Origin: Pseudomonadota bacterium
Lineage (GTDB): Bacteria; Pseudomonadota; Alphaproteobacteria; Acetobacterales; Acetobacteraceae
DNA: 36,127 nucleotides
NCBI GenBank assembly: GCA_021807975.1
Contig: JAKBCJ010000001.1
Location: 1 to 36,127 of the forward strand
Reading direction: 5' to 3'
Position 1 is the first letter of the stretch. Each line of letters starts with the position of its first letter. Positions 9,478-18,347 of the stretch are shown piece after piece. The notes beneath the pieces were generated by a model. That model did not search any database. It saw only the letters and a list, made by a program, of their open reading frames with translations, and was not told where the DNA came from. A program made the position numbers and the translations under genes.

Positions 9478-10416
9478 ATGGCCGAACAACCCGAATCGCA
9501 CGGACGCGCCATGATCCTGGATGAAGCCCGGATTCCCGCCCATATCGGCGAGATCCTGGATGCCTTTGCCGCAGCGGGACGGGTATTGCCCTGTGCCGCG
9601 CTGAATCAGGCGGTGGAGCGATGGCCGGAGGTGGCGCCCGTTATTCTGGATATACTCGAATCCGTGGCCGCGGGCGCCGGGATCACCGAACGGGTGGAGT
9701 CTATCCTGTTCTTCGGCATTTACCTGATGACGCAGGTCCGCGAGCGCCGCGCCTTTCCGCTGTTGTGCGCGATCGCCGCGGATGGCAACTGGTTTGACAC
9801 TCTGTTCGGCGATGCCATCACCGAAGACCTGTCCGTTATCTTCTCACGGACCTACGACGGCGACCTGACGCCCTTGCGGGCGCTGATCGAATTGGAATCC
9901 GCCGACGAGTTCATCCGCGACGCCGGTCTTGGCGCGATTGCCTGGCTAACGGTCACCGGTCAGGTCGATCGGGAGGAGACGGCGGCCTACCTGCGCGAAC
10001 TGCACGCCACGCTTCAGCCGCAAGAGGAATGCTCGGTATGGGTGGGCTGGCAGCAGGCTATCGCCCTTTTAGGTTTCAGCGAATTGACTCCGCTGGTGGA
10101 GGACGCCTTCGCCCGTGGCCTGATCGGCGACCATATCATGAGCCTGAGCCACTTCCACGAAGACCTGAGCGCGGCTTTGCAAGCGGCCGATCACACAACA
10201 GTGTTCGATAAGAACATCCGCGATGACGGACGGTTCGACGATGTCGCGGCGCTTTTGTCCACTTGGCCGGGCTTTCAACCGCTGCCGGCCCCGCGCCGCG
10301 CGGCACCGTCGCCTGAGCCGGTAGCGGTTCCGGTTCGCGATCCGTATCGCGGTGTCGGGCGCAACGATCCTTGTCCATGCGGTAGCGGCAAGAAATACAA
10401 AAAATGCTGCCTTTGA
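9478..10416 (+). CDS. DUF1186-like domain protein with C-terminal SEC-C zinc motif
   Basis: C-terminus GRNDPCPCGSGKKYKKCC is a SEC-C motif. The acidic helical N-part (LFGDAITEDL, ADEFIRDA) resembles DUF1186. Alternative start at 9511. Confidence 0.82.
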   Translation: MAEQPESHGRAMILDEARIPAHIGEILDAFAAAGRVLPCAALNQAVERWPEVAPVILDILESVAAGAGITERVESILFFGIYLMTQVRERRAFPLLCAIAADGNWFDTLFGDAITEDLSVIFSRTYDGDLTPLRALIELESADEFIRDAGLGAIAWLTVTGQVDREETAAYLRELHATLQPQEECSVWVGWQQAIALLGFSELTPLVEDAFARGLIGDHIMSLSHFHEDLSAALQAADHTTVFDKNIRDDGRFDDVAALLSTWPGFQPLPAPRRAAPSPEPVAVPVRDPYRGVGRNDPCPCGSGKKYKKCCL

Positions 10417-10626
10417 CGCCCGGGGCGCGAAAGGTCCGGTTTTGTTGTGTCAGGATAACCGGAAACCCCGCAGCGGCAGCCCATCCTGTGTTTCGCCCTG
10501 ACGGAGGCTGGCGAGCCTGACGGCTCTGGATACAGGCCAGCCGTCGGCAACGTAGCACGCGCTGTCGATTTTACCGAGCAATTTCATGGTCTTGCCTGAT
10601 AGTATTTGGCATACGGGGATGTTCCG

Positions 10627-11208
10627 TCACATCGCCCCGGCGACCTGGTGACCGCCGTGCCAGATCATCGTCAGGGCCACGTACAGCACGATCAGCAACC
10701 CGATCCAGGCGATCCAGCGATGACGCTCCAGCAGCCTCGCGATCAGGCCGGCGGCCAGGCCCATCAGGCCAACAGACAGCAGCAGGCCGCACACCAGAAT
10801 CCAGAACCTGTCATGCGCCGCCCCGGCGACGGCCAGCACGTTGTCCAGGCTCATGGACACATCCGCCAGGATGATTTGCATCATCGCCTGGCGCAGCGTC
10901 TTGGAGCCCTCGGTTGCGGCTAACTGATGAGGCCGTCGCAGCTCGCGGAACATTTTCCAGCAGACCCACAGCAGCAGGACGCCGCCGGCCAGCAGCAGGC
11001 CGATGATCGCCAGCAGTTGCAGCGCGACCGCGCCCATGGCGATGCGGATCACCGTGGCGCCGCCGATCCCCAGCAGGATTGCAAGCCGCTTCTGCCCCGC
11101 TGGCAGGCCGGTTACCGCCAACCCGACCACGACCGCGTTATCGCCGGCCAGGGCTATGTCGATCATCACCACCTGGGCCAATGTGACCAGGTCTGTTGTC
11201 CAATCCAT
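10627..11208 (-). CDS. TerC-family (YjbE-type) membrane protein
   Basis: IDIALAGDNAVVV and IILADVSMSLDNVLAVAGAA signature motifs. Confidence 0.92.
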   Translation of the reverse strand: MDWTTDLVTLAQVVMIDIALAGDNAVVVGLAVTGLPAGQKRLAILLGIGGATVIRIAMGAVALQLLAIIGLLLAGGVLLLWVCWKMFRELRRPHQLAATEGSKTLRQAMMQIILADVSMSLDNVLAVAGAAHDRFWILVCGLLLSVGLMGLAAGLIARLLERHRWIAWIGLLIVLYVALTMIWHGGHQVAGAM

Positions 11209-11282
11209 GCTTGCCTTCCAGGGTGCCTCGGTCTAGCTGGCCCTTTCCCCCGCTTAGAACAAGCATATCGGACAAGGCAGCG

Positions 11283-12614
11283 ATGATCCCGCGATACTCC
11301 AGACCCGAAATGGCCGCCATCTGGGCGCCGATCAACCGCTACCGCATCTGGTTCGAGGTCGAGGCCCTGGCCGCCGAAGGCATGGCGCGCATCGGTGCCA
11401 TTCCGGCGGAAGCCGCCCGCGCCATCCGCGAAAAGGGCGCCCCGAAGCTGGCCGCGATGAACGAGGCGGATGTCGAACGCATCGACGCGATCGAGCGGGA
11501 AACGCGCCATGACGTCATCGCCTTTCTGACCTGGCTGGCCGAGGCGGTGGGGCCGGACTCGCGGTTCGTGCATCAGGGGATGACCAGCTCCGACGTGCTG
11601 GATACCACGCTGTCGGTGCAGTTGACGCAGGCGGCGGACATTCTGCTGGCTGACATCGATGCGGTGATGGCGGCGCTGAAAGCCCGCGCGATGGAGCACA
11701 AATACACCCTGACCATCGGCCGCAGCCATGGCATCCACGCCGAACCGACGACGTTCGGCCTGAAGCTGGCCGGCCACTACGCGGAATTCGCCCGCAACCG
11801 GACGCGTCTGGTCGCCGCGCGCGCCGAGATCGCCGTCGCCGCGGTCAGCGGCGCCGTTGGCACGTTTGCCCATCTGGACCCGAGTGTGGAGGAATATGTG
11901 GCGGAGAAGCTGGGGTTGGGGGCCGAAGCGGTTTCCACCCAGGTGATCCCGCGCGACCGGCACGCGGCGTTCTTCTGCACCCTGGGCGTCATTGCCAGCG
12001 CGATCGAGCGGCTGGCCACCGAAGTGCGCCACCTGCAACGGTCTGAGGTGCGGGAAGCCGAGGAGTTCTTCCATCCCGGCCAGAAGGGTTCCTCCGCCAT
12101 GCCGCACAAGCGCAATCCCGTGCTGAGCGAAAATCTGTGCGGCCTGGCTCGGATCGTGCGGTCCGCCGTGGTGCCGGCGCTGGAGAACGTGACGCTGTGG
12201 CATGAGCGCGATATCAGCCATTCCTCGGTGGAGCGCGCGATCGGCCCGGATGCGACGGTGACACTGGATTTCGCGCTGATGCGGCTGGCGGGGATGATGG
12301 AGAAGCTGCTGATCTATCCCCAGCGTATGCTGGCGAACCTGGAAAGCCTGGGTGGGGTGGTTCACTCGGGGGAAGTGCTGCTGGGTCTGACCAAAGCGGG
12401 CATTCTGCGTGAAGACGCCTATCGGATCGTGCAAAGCTGCGCGATGGCGACCTGGACGAAGCTGGGCACGCCGGAAGGGCGGTCTTTCCGCGCAAATCTG
12501 GAAGCCGATCCGGATGTGGCCGCGCGGGTTTCCGCCGAACAACTGGACGCGGCGATGGACCCGGCACTGCATCTGCGGGCGGTGGACCGTATTTTCGAAC
12601 GCGTGTTCGGGTAG
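11283..12614 (+). CDS. purB: Adenylosuccinate lyase
   Basis: MIPRYSRPEM start; TRHDVIAF, GRSHGIHAEP, and the signature GSSAMPHKRNP. Confidence 0.97.
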   Translation: MIPRYSRPEMAAIWAPINRYRIWFEVEALAAEGMARIGAIPAEAARAIREKGAPKLAAMNEADVERIDAIERETRHDVIAFLTWLAEAVGPDSRFVHQGMTSSDVLDTTLSVQLTQAADILLADIDAVMAALKARAMEHKYTLTIGRSHGIHAEPTTFGLKLAGHYAEFARNRTRLVAARAEIAVAAVSGAVGTFAHLDPSVEEYVAEKLGLGAEAVSTQVIPRDRHAAFFCTLGVIASAIERLATEVRHLQRSEVREAEEFFHPGQKGSSAMPHKRNPVLSENLCGLARIVRSAVVPALENVTLWHERDISHSSVERAIGPDATVTLDFALMRLAGMMEKLLIYPQRMLANLESLGGVVHSGEVLLGLTKAGILREDAYRIVQSCAMATWTKLGTPEGRSFRANLEADPDVAARVSAEQLDAAMDPALHLRAVDRIFERVFG

Positions 12615-12771
12615 GGTTCGCGCTGTCCCCGGTTCTTCAGGCCGGGTGAGCGGGGGCGGGCTGTCACCGATCCAGCCTGTGCCAGCGTGGGGTGTGCGTC
12701 GGGGCGCGGGTTTGCGTCGCCCCGGTTCGCCCCATATCCTGGCGTGAACCACACCAGCGAGACCCCCCCAA

Positions 12772-13944
12772 ATGCCCGGCCCACTGTCCGGTTACCGGAT
12801 CATCGACCTGACATCCATGATCTCTGGCCCGTTGGCGACCATGATCCTGGCCGACCAGGGCGCCGACGTGATCAAGGTCGAAAACCCCGCCTCCGGCGGC
12901 GACCACACGCGGCTGGCGAACAACCGGCGCAACGGATTTTCCGCCTCCTTCCTGAACAACAACCGCAACAAACGCTCACTGGCGCTGGACTTGAAGAACC
13001 CCAACGCCCGCGATGCGCTGCTTCGACTGGTCGAAACCGCGGACGTGTTCGTGCAGAACTTCCGTCCCGGCGTCGCGGACCGCATGGGCCTGGGTGAGGC
13101 AGCGGTGCGCGCCGTGAAACCGGACATCGTCTATGTCTCGATCAGCGGATTTGGCGAAACTGGCCCGTATGCGCAAAAGCCGGTCTATGACCCGCTGATC
13201 CAGGCGGTGTCGGGCCTTGCCAGCATCCAGGCCGGCTCCGACACTGAACGGCCACGGCTGGTCCGCACCATCGTTCCCGACAAGCTGACCGCCTACAACG
13301 CTGCCCAGGCGGTCACCGCGGCCCTGCTGCACCGCGAACGCACCGGTCAGGGCCAGCACATCCAACTGTCCATGCTGGACGCGATCATCGCGTTCCTGTG
13401 GGCATCCGACATGGGCAGCCAGACGTTCGTCGGCGAGGATATTCCGCAGCAGGAAGCTGCCAGCTTCATCGACCTGATCTACGAAACCGCCACCACGCCG
13501 ATCAGTGCGGCCGTGCAGTCCAACCGCGAGTGGCTGGCGCTGACCAAGGCCCTGGATAAGCCGGAATGGCTGGAAGACCCGCGCTTTGCCACCGTCGCCC
13601 TGCGCCAGCGCCACATCAACGATCGCCTGATCCTGACACAGGAAGCGCTGCGCACCCGCCCCGCCGAGGAATGGCTGGAGCGTCTGACCCGTGAAGGCGT
13701 GCCCTGCGCCCCGGTCCTGACCCGCACCCAGATGATCTCTAACGCGCAGGTTCAGGCCAACGGCATCGTGGTCGAAACCGAGCATCCCGGGGCCGGGCGC
13801 ATCCGTCAGGCCCGCCCCGCCGCCCGATTTTCGGAAACCCCGGCGACGATGCGTCACGGCGGTGCCGCGCTGGGGCAGCACACCTCTGAAATTCTGGCCG
13901 AGATCGGCTACACCGAAGAAGATTTGAAGGAAAATCCGACATGA
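12772..13944 (+). CDS. CaiB/BaiF family III CoA-transferase
   Basis: GPLATMILADQGADVIKVE, NRNKRSLALDLK, QNFRPGV, SISGFG; probable catalytic Asp in VPDKLTA. Confidence 0.93.
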   Translation: MPGPLSGYRIIDLTSMISGPLATMILADQGADVIKVENPASGGDHTRLANNRRNGFSASFLNNNRNKRSLALDLKNPNARDALLRLVETADVFVQNFRPGVADRMGLGEAAVRAVKPDIVYVSISGFGETGPYAQKPVYDPLIQAVSGLASIQAGSDTERPRLVRTIVPDKLTAYNAAQAVTAALLHRERTGQGQHIQLSMLDAIIAFLWASDMGSQTFVGEDIPQQEAASFIDLIYETATTPISAAVQSNREWLALTKALDKPEWLEDPRFATVALRQRHINDRLILTQEALRTRPAEEWLERLTREGVPCAPVLTRTQMISNAQVQANGIVVETEHPGAGRIRQARPAARFSETPATMRHGGAALGQHTSEILAEIGYTEEDLKENPT

Positions 13945-14645
13945 TCGACTTTTATTACTGGCCCACACCGAACGGCTGGAAAATCTCCATCATGCTGGAG
14001 GAAACCGGCCTTCCGTACACCGTGAAGCCAATCAATATCGGCGCCGGCGATCAGTTCACGCCCGAATTCCTGGCAATCAGCCCCAACGCCCGGATGCCGG
14101 CGATCGTGGATCATGACACGCCCGACGGCCCGATGCCGATTTTCGAGTCCGGCCCGATCCTGCTGCATCTCGCGGAGAAATCCGGCCAGTTCATGCCGAA
14201 GACGACGATCGGCCGGAAAGAGTGCCTGGAATGGCTGTTCTGGCAGGTCGGCAACCTCGGCCCGATGGCCGGCCAGCTCAGTCATTTCGTGAACTACGCC
14301 AAAAGCGTGCAGGCGGGCGACCACGATTACGCCCACAAACGCTATGCCGGCGAATACAACCGTTGCCTGGGCGTGCTGGAGCGCAGGCTGCAAGGCAAGG
14401 ATTACATCCTGGACGCGTATTCCATCGCCGACATGATTTCGTGGCCCTGGGTCCTGATCGCCAAGCCGCTGGGGCAGACGCTGGACGAATTCCCCAATGT
14501 CTCGGCGTGGCGGGACCGGATCAAATCGCGCCCCGCCGTGCAACGTGGCGTGGACCTGGGCAAGGATATGCGCCGTACCGGCCAGCACACCGAGGAAGCG
14601 CGCAAAATCCTGTTCGGACAGACGGCGAAATCTCTGCCGATTTGA
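13941..14645 (+). CDS. Glutathione S-transferase, Nu class (YfcG/YghU-like)
   Basis: WPTPNGWK, SPNARMPAIVD, FESGPILLHLAEK, YSIADM. ATGA overlap with the CoA-transferase stop. Confidence 0.9.
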   Translation: MIDFYYWPTPNGWKISIMLEETGLPYTVKPINIGAGDQFTPEFLAISPNARMPAIVDHDTPDGPMPIFESGPILLHLAEKSGQFMPKTTIGRKECLEWLFWQVGNLGPMAGQLSHFVNYAKSVQAGDHDYAHKRYAGEYNRCLGVLERRLQGKDYILDAYSIADMISWPWVLIAKPLGQTLDEFPNVSAWRDRIKSRPAVQRGVDLGKDMRRTGQHTEEARKILFGQTAKSLPI

Positions 14646-14930
14646 AGCCAGGGAGCAGTAAAGGGACCGCGGCGAAACAGACGGGGCGGTTGGTGAAGAT
14701 CGCTGGCCTTTGGTGTCACCAGCAGCCGTTCGGCGTTAGGCTCTTTCTTTTCGATGCCGCCATGCAAAGGTTGCCGGGGTATTTGCGCGTCGCTGGCAAT
14801 GCGCTGGTGAACGGATCGCGCCGATCGCCAGAACCCGGGCTGCCGCGACGATACGACATTCGACCTCCGGGGCGTTACGGGGATGGGATTGCAACCTCGG
14901 ACGCGGGCTATTGCCCCGTTCCTCCGCAGG

Positions 14931-15182
14931 CTAGTTCTTCGCGTCGCTCCAAGGCGGCGGACCCAGGTCCAGGTGCTTCTCCGGCAACGCCGCGCCGGTC
15001 AAAGCCCCGGCGCCGCCGCCAATCAACGCGCCGGCCACCACCCCGACCGGACCGCCCAGCAAACCGATCGCCGCCCCGGTTCCAGCGCCGGTCGCGGCAC
15101 CGCCGCTGGCCCGGTCAGCGGTGGTTTCGCCGCATCCGCTCAGGCAGCCGGACAGCAGCAACAGCAAAGGCAAGCGACGCAT
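14931..15182 (-). CDS. Small glycine-zipper lipoprotein
   Basis: Signal MRRLPLLLLLSGCLSGC and a GxxxG-repeat zipper GAATGAGTGAAIGLLGG...GALIGGGAGALTGA. Confidence 0.8.
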   Translation of the reverse strand: MRRLPLLLLLSGCLSGCGETTADRASGGAATGAGTGAAIGLLGGPVGVVAGALIGGGAGALTGAALPEKHLDLGPPPWSDAKN

Positions 15183-15332
15183 TGTTTGCTACCCCGTTAG
15201 AAAACCCCGCCCCGATTCGGGTACATCCTATTGAGCGACGCTAAAGCACCGGAACGCAAGACACGGATCGTACAACACGGCGGTTTCGACGGTCGCGATC
15301 CAAGCGGAACCTGCGCATAGGGCGGGGCAACT

Positions 15333-15407
15333 CGCCGAACTTCGGTTGTAATACCGGAGTTCGGCGGCCATGCCGGCATGGAGGCGGCTGTTTTGCCGCT
15401 GCCGCCT
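15333..15407. other. Cluster of hairpins/palindromes between the two lipoprotein genes
   Basis: CGCCGAACTTCGGT/ACCGGAGTTCGGCG stem (15333-15366), perfect palindrome CCATGCCGGCATGG (15368-15381), AGGCGGC/GCCGCCT (15382-15407). Confidence 0.55.
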
Positions 15408-15954
15408 AATATCCCGGCGGCGGCGGCGCATAGCCTGGCGGGGGCGGTTGGTAACCCGTCGGGGGCTGCTGGTAGCCCGGCGGCGGCGCATAACCCGCCG
15501 GCGTCTGTCGATAACCCGGCGGCGGGGCCTGTTGATAACCCGGCACCTGGTTCCCGCGCGAGTACATGCACTGCGCGTAAGCCATGTCGTAACGCTGTTG
15601 CAGGCTGTATTGCGCTTGCTGACCACCGCCGGCCCCGATTGCCGTGCCACCCACGGCACCGATGCCGGCGCCAGCGGCCGCGCCGCGCCCTCCGCCCAGG
15701 GCCGCGCCCAGGCCAGCACCCAACAACGTGCCTAACACCGCCGTGCCGACCTGCTGGTCGTTCGACTGCTGCGCGCCGCCGCGCACCTGATCCGCCGCGA
15801 ACTGCTTGCAAAGCGCCTGATCGCCCTGAAACACATCGAACGGCTTATTCGGCGCCGGCATCACCGGGATGGTCGGCCCCAGCGGTTCGCTGGCACAGGC
15901 GCTCAACAGCAGAACTGGTGCCAGTAAGGCGGTGGTCAATCGAATCGATCTCAT
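15406..15954 (-). CDS. Glycine-zipper lipoprotein with Pro-rich PPPGY-repeat C-terminus
   Basis: Start MRSIRLTT at 15954; lipobox LSAC; Gly zipper GTLLGAGLGAALGGGRGAAAGAGIGAVGG; two further Cys; tail PGYQQAPPPGYRQTPAGYAPPPGYQQPPTGYQPPPPGYAPPPPGY. Confidence 0.85.
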   Translation of the reverse strand: MRSIRLTTALLAPVLLLSACASEPLGPTIPVMPAPNKPFDVFQGDQALCKQFAADQVRGGAQQSNDQQVGTAVLGTLLGAGLGAALGGGRGAAAGAGIGAVGGTAIGAGGGQQAQYSLQQRYDMAYAQCMYSRGNQVPGYQQAPPPGYRQTPAGYAPPPGYQQPPTGYQPPPPGYAPPPPGY

Positions 15955-16055
15955 ACAGCGGGTTCCTGCTCTCAACGCTCGTGGAGATCGGGCCATTACT
16001 GGCGACCGGAATCCAAGTCAAAATATAGTTCGCGGCCTGCCTTATTGTAACAAAG

Positions 16056-17102
16056 TTAAACGCTCCACGACTCAGCGCCTTGCGTTGTCAGATGCACCCC
16101 GCTCGCGGTGCCCCCTGCGGCGTTCAATGCCCGGACAACGCCGATCCGCCGCACCGGCGGGACGAAAAACATCATGAACCCGCCGCCGCCGGCCCCGGAA
16201 ACCTTGCCTCCGATCGCCCCGTTGGCAAACGCCAGGTCGTACAGCGCCTCGATCCGGCCGGTGCTGATGCCGGACGCAGTCCGCTTCTTCGCCTCCCAGG
16301 ACCGGTTTAGAATCGACGCCATTCGCGGAATTTCGCCGCGCAGCAGCGCCTCTTTCATCTCCATCGCGTCGCGTTTCAACTGGTGCAGGCTGTCCACGAC
16401 ATCCCCGTCCTGCCCGGCCCCGGCCATGCCGCGCTGCTGCTCGGCAATGATTTCCTCCGACCGCCGGCTGATCCCGGAGAAACATACCACCATGGAGGTT
16501 TCCAACTCATTCAGCACCGACGGCGACACCCGCAGCGGATTGACGATCACCCGGTCCCCGGCGTGGAATTCGATGAAATTCGTGCCCCCGAAGGTGGCAG
16601 CGTACTGGTCCTGTTTGCCGCCTGCCAGCCCCAGATCGATCCGCTCGATCTCGAACGCCACATGCGCTACGTCGTACGGACCCAGAGGTGCGGCCAGCAG
16701 CGCCGTGAACGCTTCCACCAGCGCCACCACCAGCGCGGAGGACGATCCCAACCCCGACCCCGGCGGCGCATCGACATAGGACGTGACCCGCATGGGCGCG
16801 ATCCGCCCGCCGCCGAACTGCGTCAGCATCCGTTTCGCCACACCGGCATGCAGCCCCAGCCGGCATTCGGCCAAAGCGTCCATGTCAGGCGGAAACGACT
16901 CCTCGATTTCCAGATCCGGGGCCGCGAAATGCACCAGACCGTCGTCGGAGGGTTCGATGAACGCGTAAGCATAGCGGTCAATCGTGGTGTTCAGCACCGC
17001 ACCGCCGTATTCGTCGCAATACGGGCTAAGGTCGGTTCCGCCGCCGGCCAAGCCCAGGCGCAGCGGCACGCGGGCACGAATGGTGGCTTGCCGGGACCGC
17101 AA
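16056..17102 (-). CDS. hddA: GHMP kinase, D-glycero-alpha-D-manno-heptose-7-phosphate kinase-like
   Basis: PLRLGLAGGGTD, PPGSGLGSSS, GGKQDQYAA, GGKVSGAGGGG. TTG start with SD AGGAG. Confidence 0.85.
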   Translation of the reverse strand: MRSRQATIRARVPLRLGLAGGGTDLSPYCDEYGGAVLNTTIDRYAYAFIEPSDDGLVHFAAPDLEIEESFPPDMDALAECRLGLHAGVAKRMLTQFGGGRIAPMRVTSYVDAPPGSGLGSSSALVVALVEAFTALLAAPLGPYDVAHVAFEIERIDLGLAGGKQDQYAATFGGTNFIEFHAGDRVIVNPLRVSPSVLNELETSMVVCFSGISRRSEEIIAEQQRGMAGAGQDGDVVDSLHQLKRDAMEMKEALLRGEIPRMASILNRSWEAKKRTASGISTGRIEALYDLAFANGAIGGKVSGAGGGGFMMFFVPPVRRIGVVRALNAAGGTASGVHLTTQGAESWSV

Positions 17103-17123
17103 CGGCCGCTCCTGAAGCTGTGT

Positions 17124-18347
17124 TCAGTCGCGCTTATCCAGGATCGGCCGCAGGAAGGAAAGCAAATTCCCGCTGCGGAACAAATGTCCGGTCACGCCGG
17201 CCGCCGCCGCCGCCTGCATGTCGGTTTCCTGATCACCGGCCATCGCCGCACGGGACGGATCGATTTCCCACGCCCGGATCAGGTCCAGCAGCATGCCCGG
17301 CAGCGGCTTGCGCCACGGATGATGCCGGCGGTAGGCATCGACCGTTCCGTCCGGGTGGTGGGGGCAATACCGAACGTCGTCGATGGTGCCCCCCGCCGCG
17401 CGGGCTTCGTCGCCGATCCAGGCCAGCAGATCGCGCACCGCCGACTCATTGTAGTAGCCGCGTGCCACGCCGGACTGGTTAGTGACGATGAACACATGCC
17501 AGCCCGCCGACGTCGCGTAACGGATCGCGTCCAGCGCGCCGTCCACCCATTCGAACCGGTCGCGTGAGCCGACATAGCCATGATCGACATTGATTACCCC
17601 GTCGCGATCCAGGAACAGCGCCTTGCGCCGCAGCAGCGCCGGAACCTCCGTCTGTGCCCGCGCGAAGTCGTCGGGCACCCCGATATCGCGGAAATACCCC
17701 TGGCCCAGCGTACCGCGCAGGCGCCCGGCAGCCGCCAGCGCCGGCATCGCGTCGCCCTCCAGCGAACACGCCGGCCGCAGCCAATCCACCAGCGAGCGGT
17801 CGAACAGATACACCCCGCCATTGATCGTGCCCGCCGACCCGGCCGGCGGCCGTTCCCGGAACGCCGACACGATGCCACCGGCGAAATCCACAACCCCATA
17901 GCGCGAGGCGTCGTCCAGCCGCCGCAACACCATCCGCCCGGTGACCTCCGGCCCGTCCAGCAGCGCGTCGGCCAGCACATTCGCCAGATTGCAGTCGAAC
18001 AGCGAATCGCCGTTGCACAGCCAAAACCGATCCTCCAGCCGGTCGCGCGCATGGAACACCGCCCCGCCGGTGCCCGCCCTGATCGGTTCCTCCGACAGCG
18101 TAATCCGCACCGGCCGGGGCAGAGCGGCCTGGATATCGGCCGCCGCTTTCTCGATCTCCGCCGACAAATGCCCGGTCAGCAGCAGGAAATCCGTCACCCC
18201 GAACCGAACGAACTCGCGCAGCAGCCAGGCCAGGAACGGCCGGCCGCCGCATGGCAGTACCGGCTTCGGTGTCGCCGCCGTCAGCGCCCCCAGCCTGGTC
18301 CCCAGGCCGCCGACCAGCACCGCGCACTGGGTTACCGTCGCCCTCAT
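17124..18347 (-). CDS. Bifunctional sugar-1-P nucleotidyltransferase (HddC-like) / heptose-1,7-bisphosphate phosphatase (GmhB-like, HAD-IIIA)
   Basis: N-half GGLGTRL...TPKP, GTGGAV, NGDS, FRDIGVPDD. C-half FLDRDGVIN, VTNQSGVARG, RKPLPGM, GDQETD. Confidence 0.87.
   Translation of the reverse strand: MRATVTQCAVLVGGLGTRLGALTAATPKPVLPCGGRPFLAWLLREFVRFGVTDFLLLTGHLSAEIEKAAADIQAALPRPVRITLSEEPIRAGTGGAVFHARDRLEDRFWLCNGDSLFDCNLANVLADALLDGPEVTGRMVLRRLDDASRYGVVDFAGGIVSAFRERPPAGSAGTINGGVYLFDRSLVDWLRPACSLEGDAMPALAAAGRLRGTLGQGYFRDIGVPDDFARAQTEVPALLRRKALFLDRDGVINVDHGYVGSRDRFEWVDGALDAIRYATSAGWHVFIVTNQSGVARGYYNESAVRDLLAWIGDEARAAGGTIDDVRYCPHHPDGTVDAYRRHHPWRKPLPGMLLDLIRAWEIDPSRAAMAGDQETDMQAAAAAGVTGHLFRSGNLLSFLRPILDKRD

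Noticed and set aside
11209-11282. Possible yybP-ykoY (Mn2+) riboswitch upstream of the TerC gene
   Set aside because: Only 74 bp shared with the divergent purB promoter, and the conserved riboswitch core is not visible.
14646-14930. 285-bp gap between GST and the small lipoprotein as a possible ncRNA or small ORF
   Set aside because: Only weak hairpins, and no convincing ORF with an SD. Nothing supportable.
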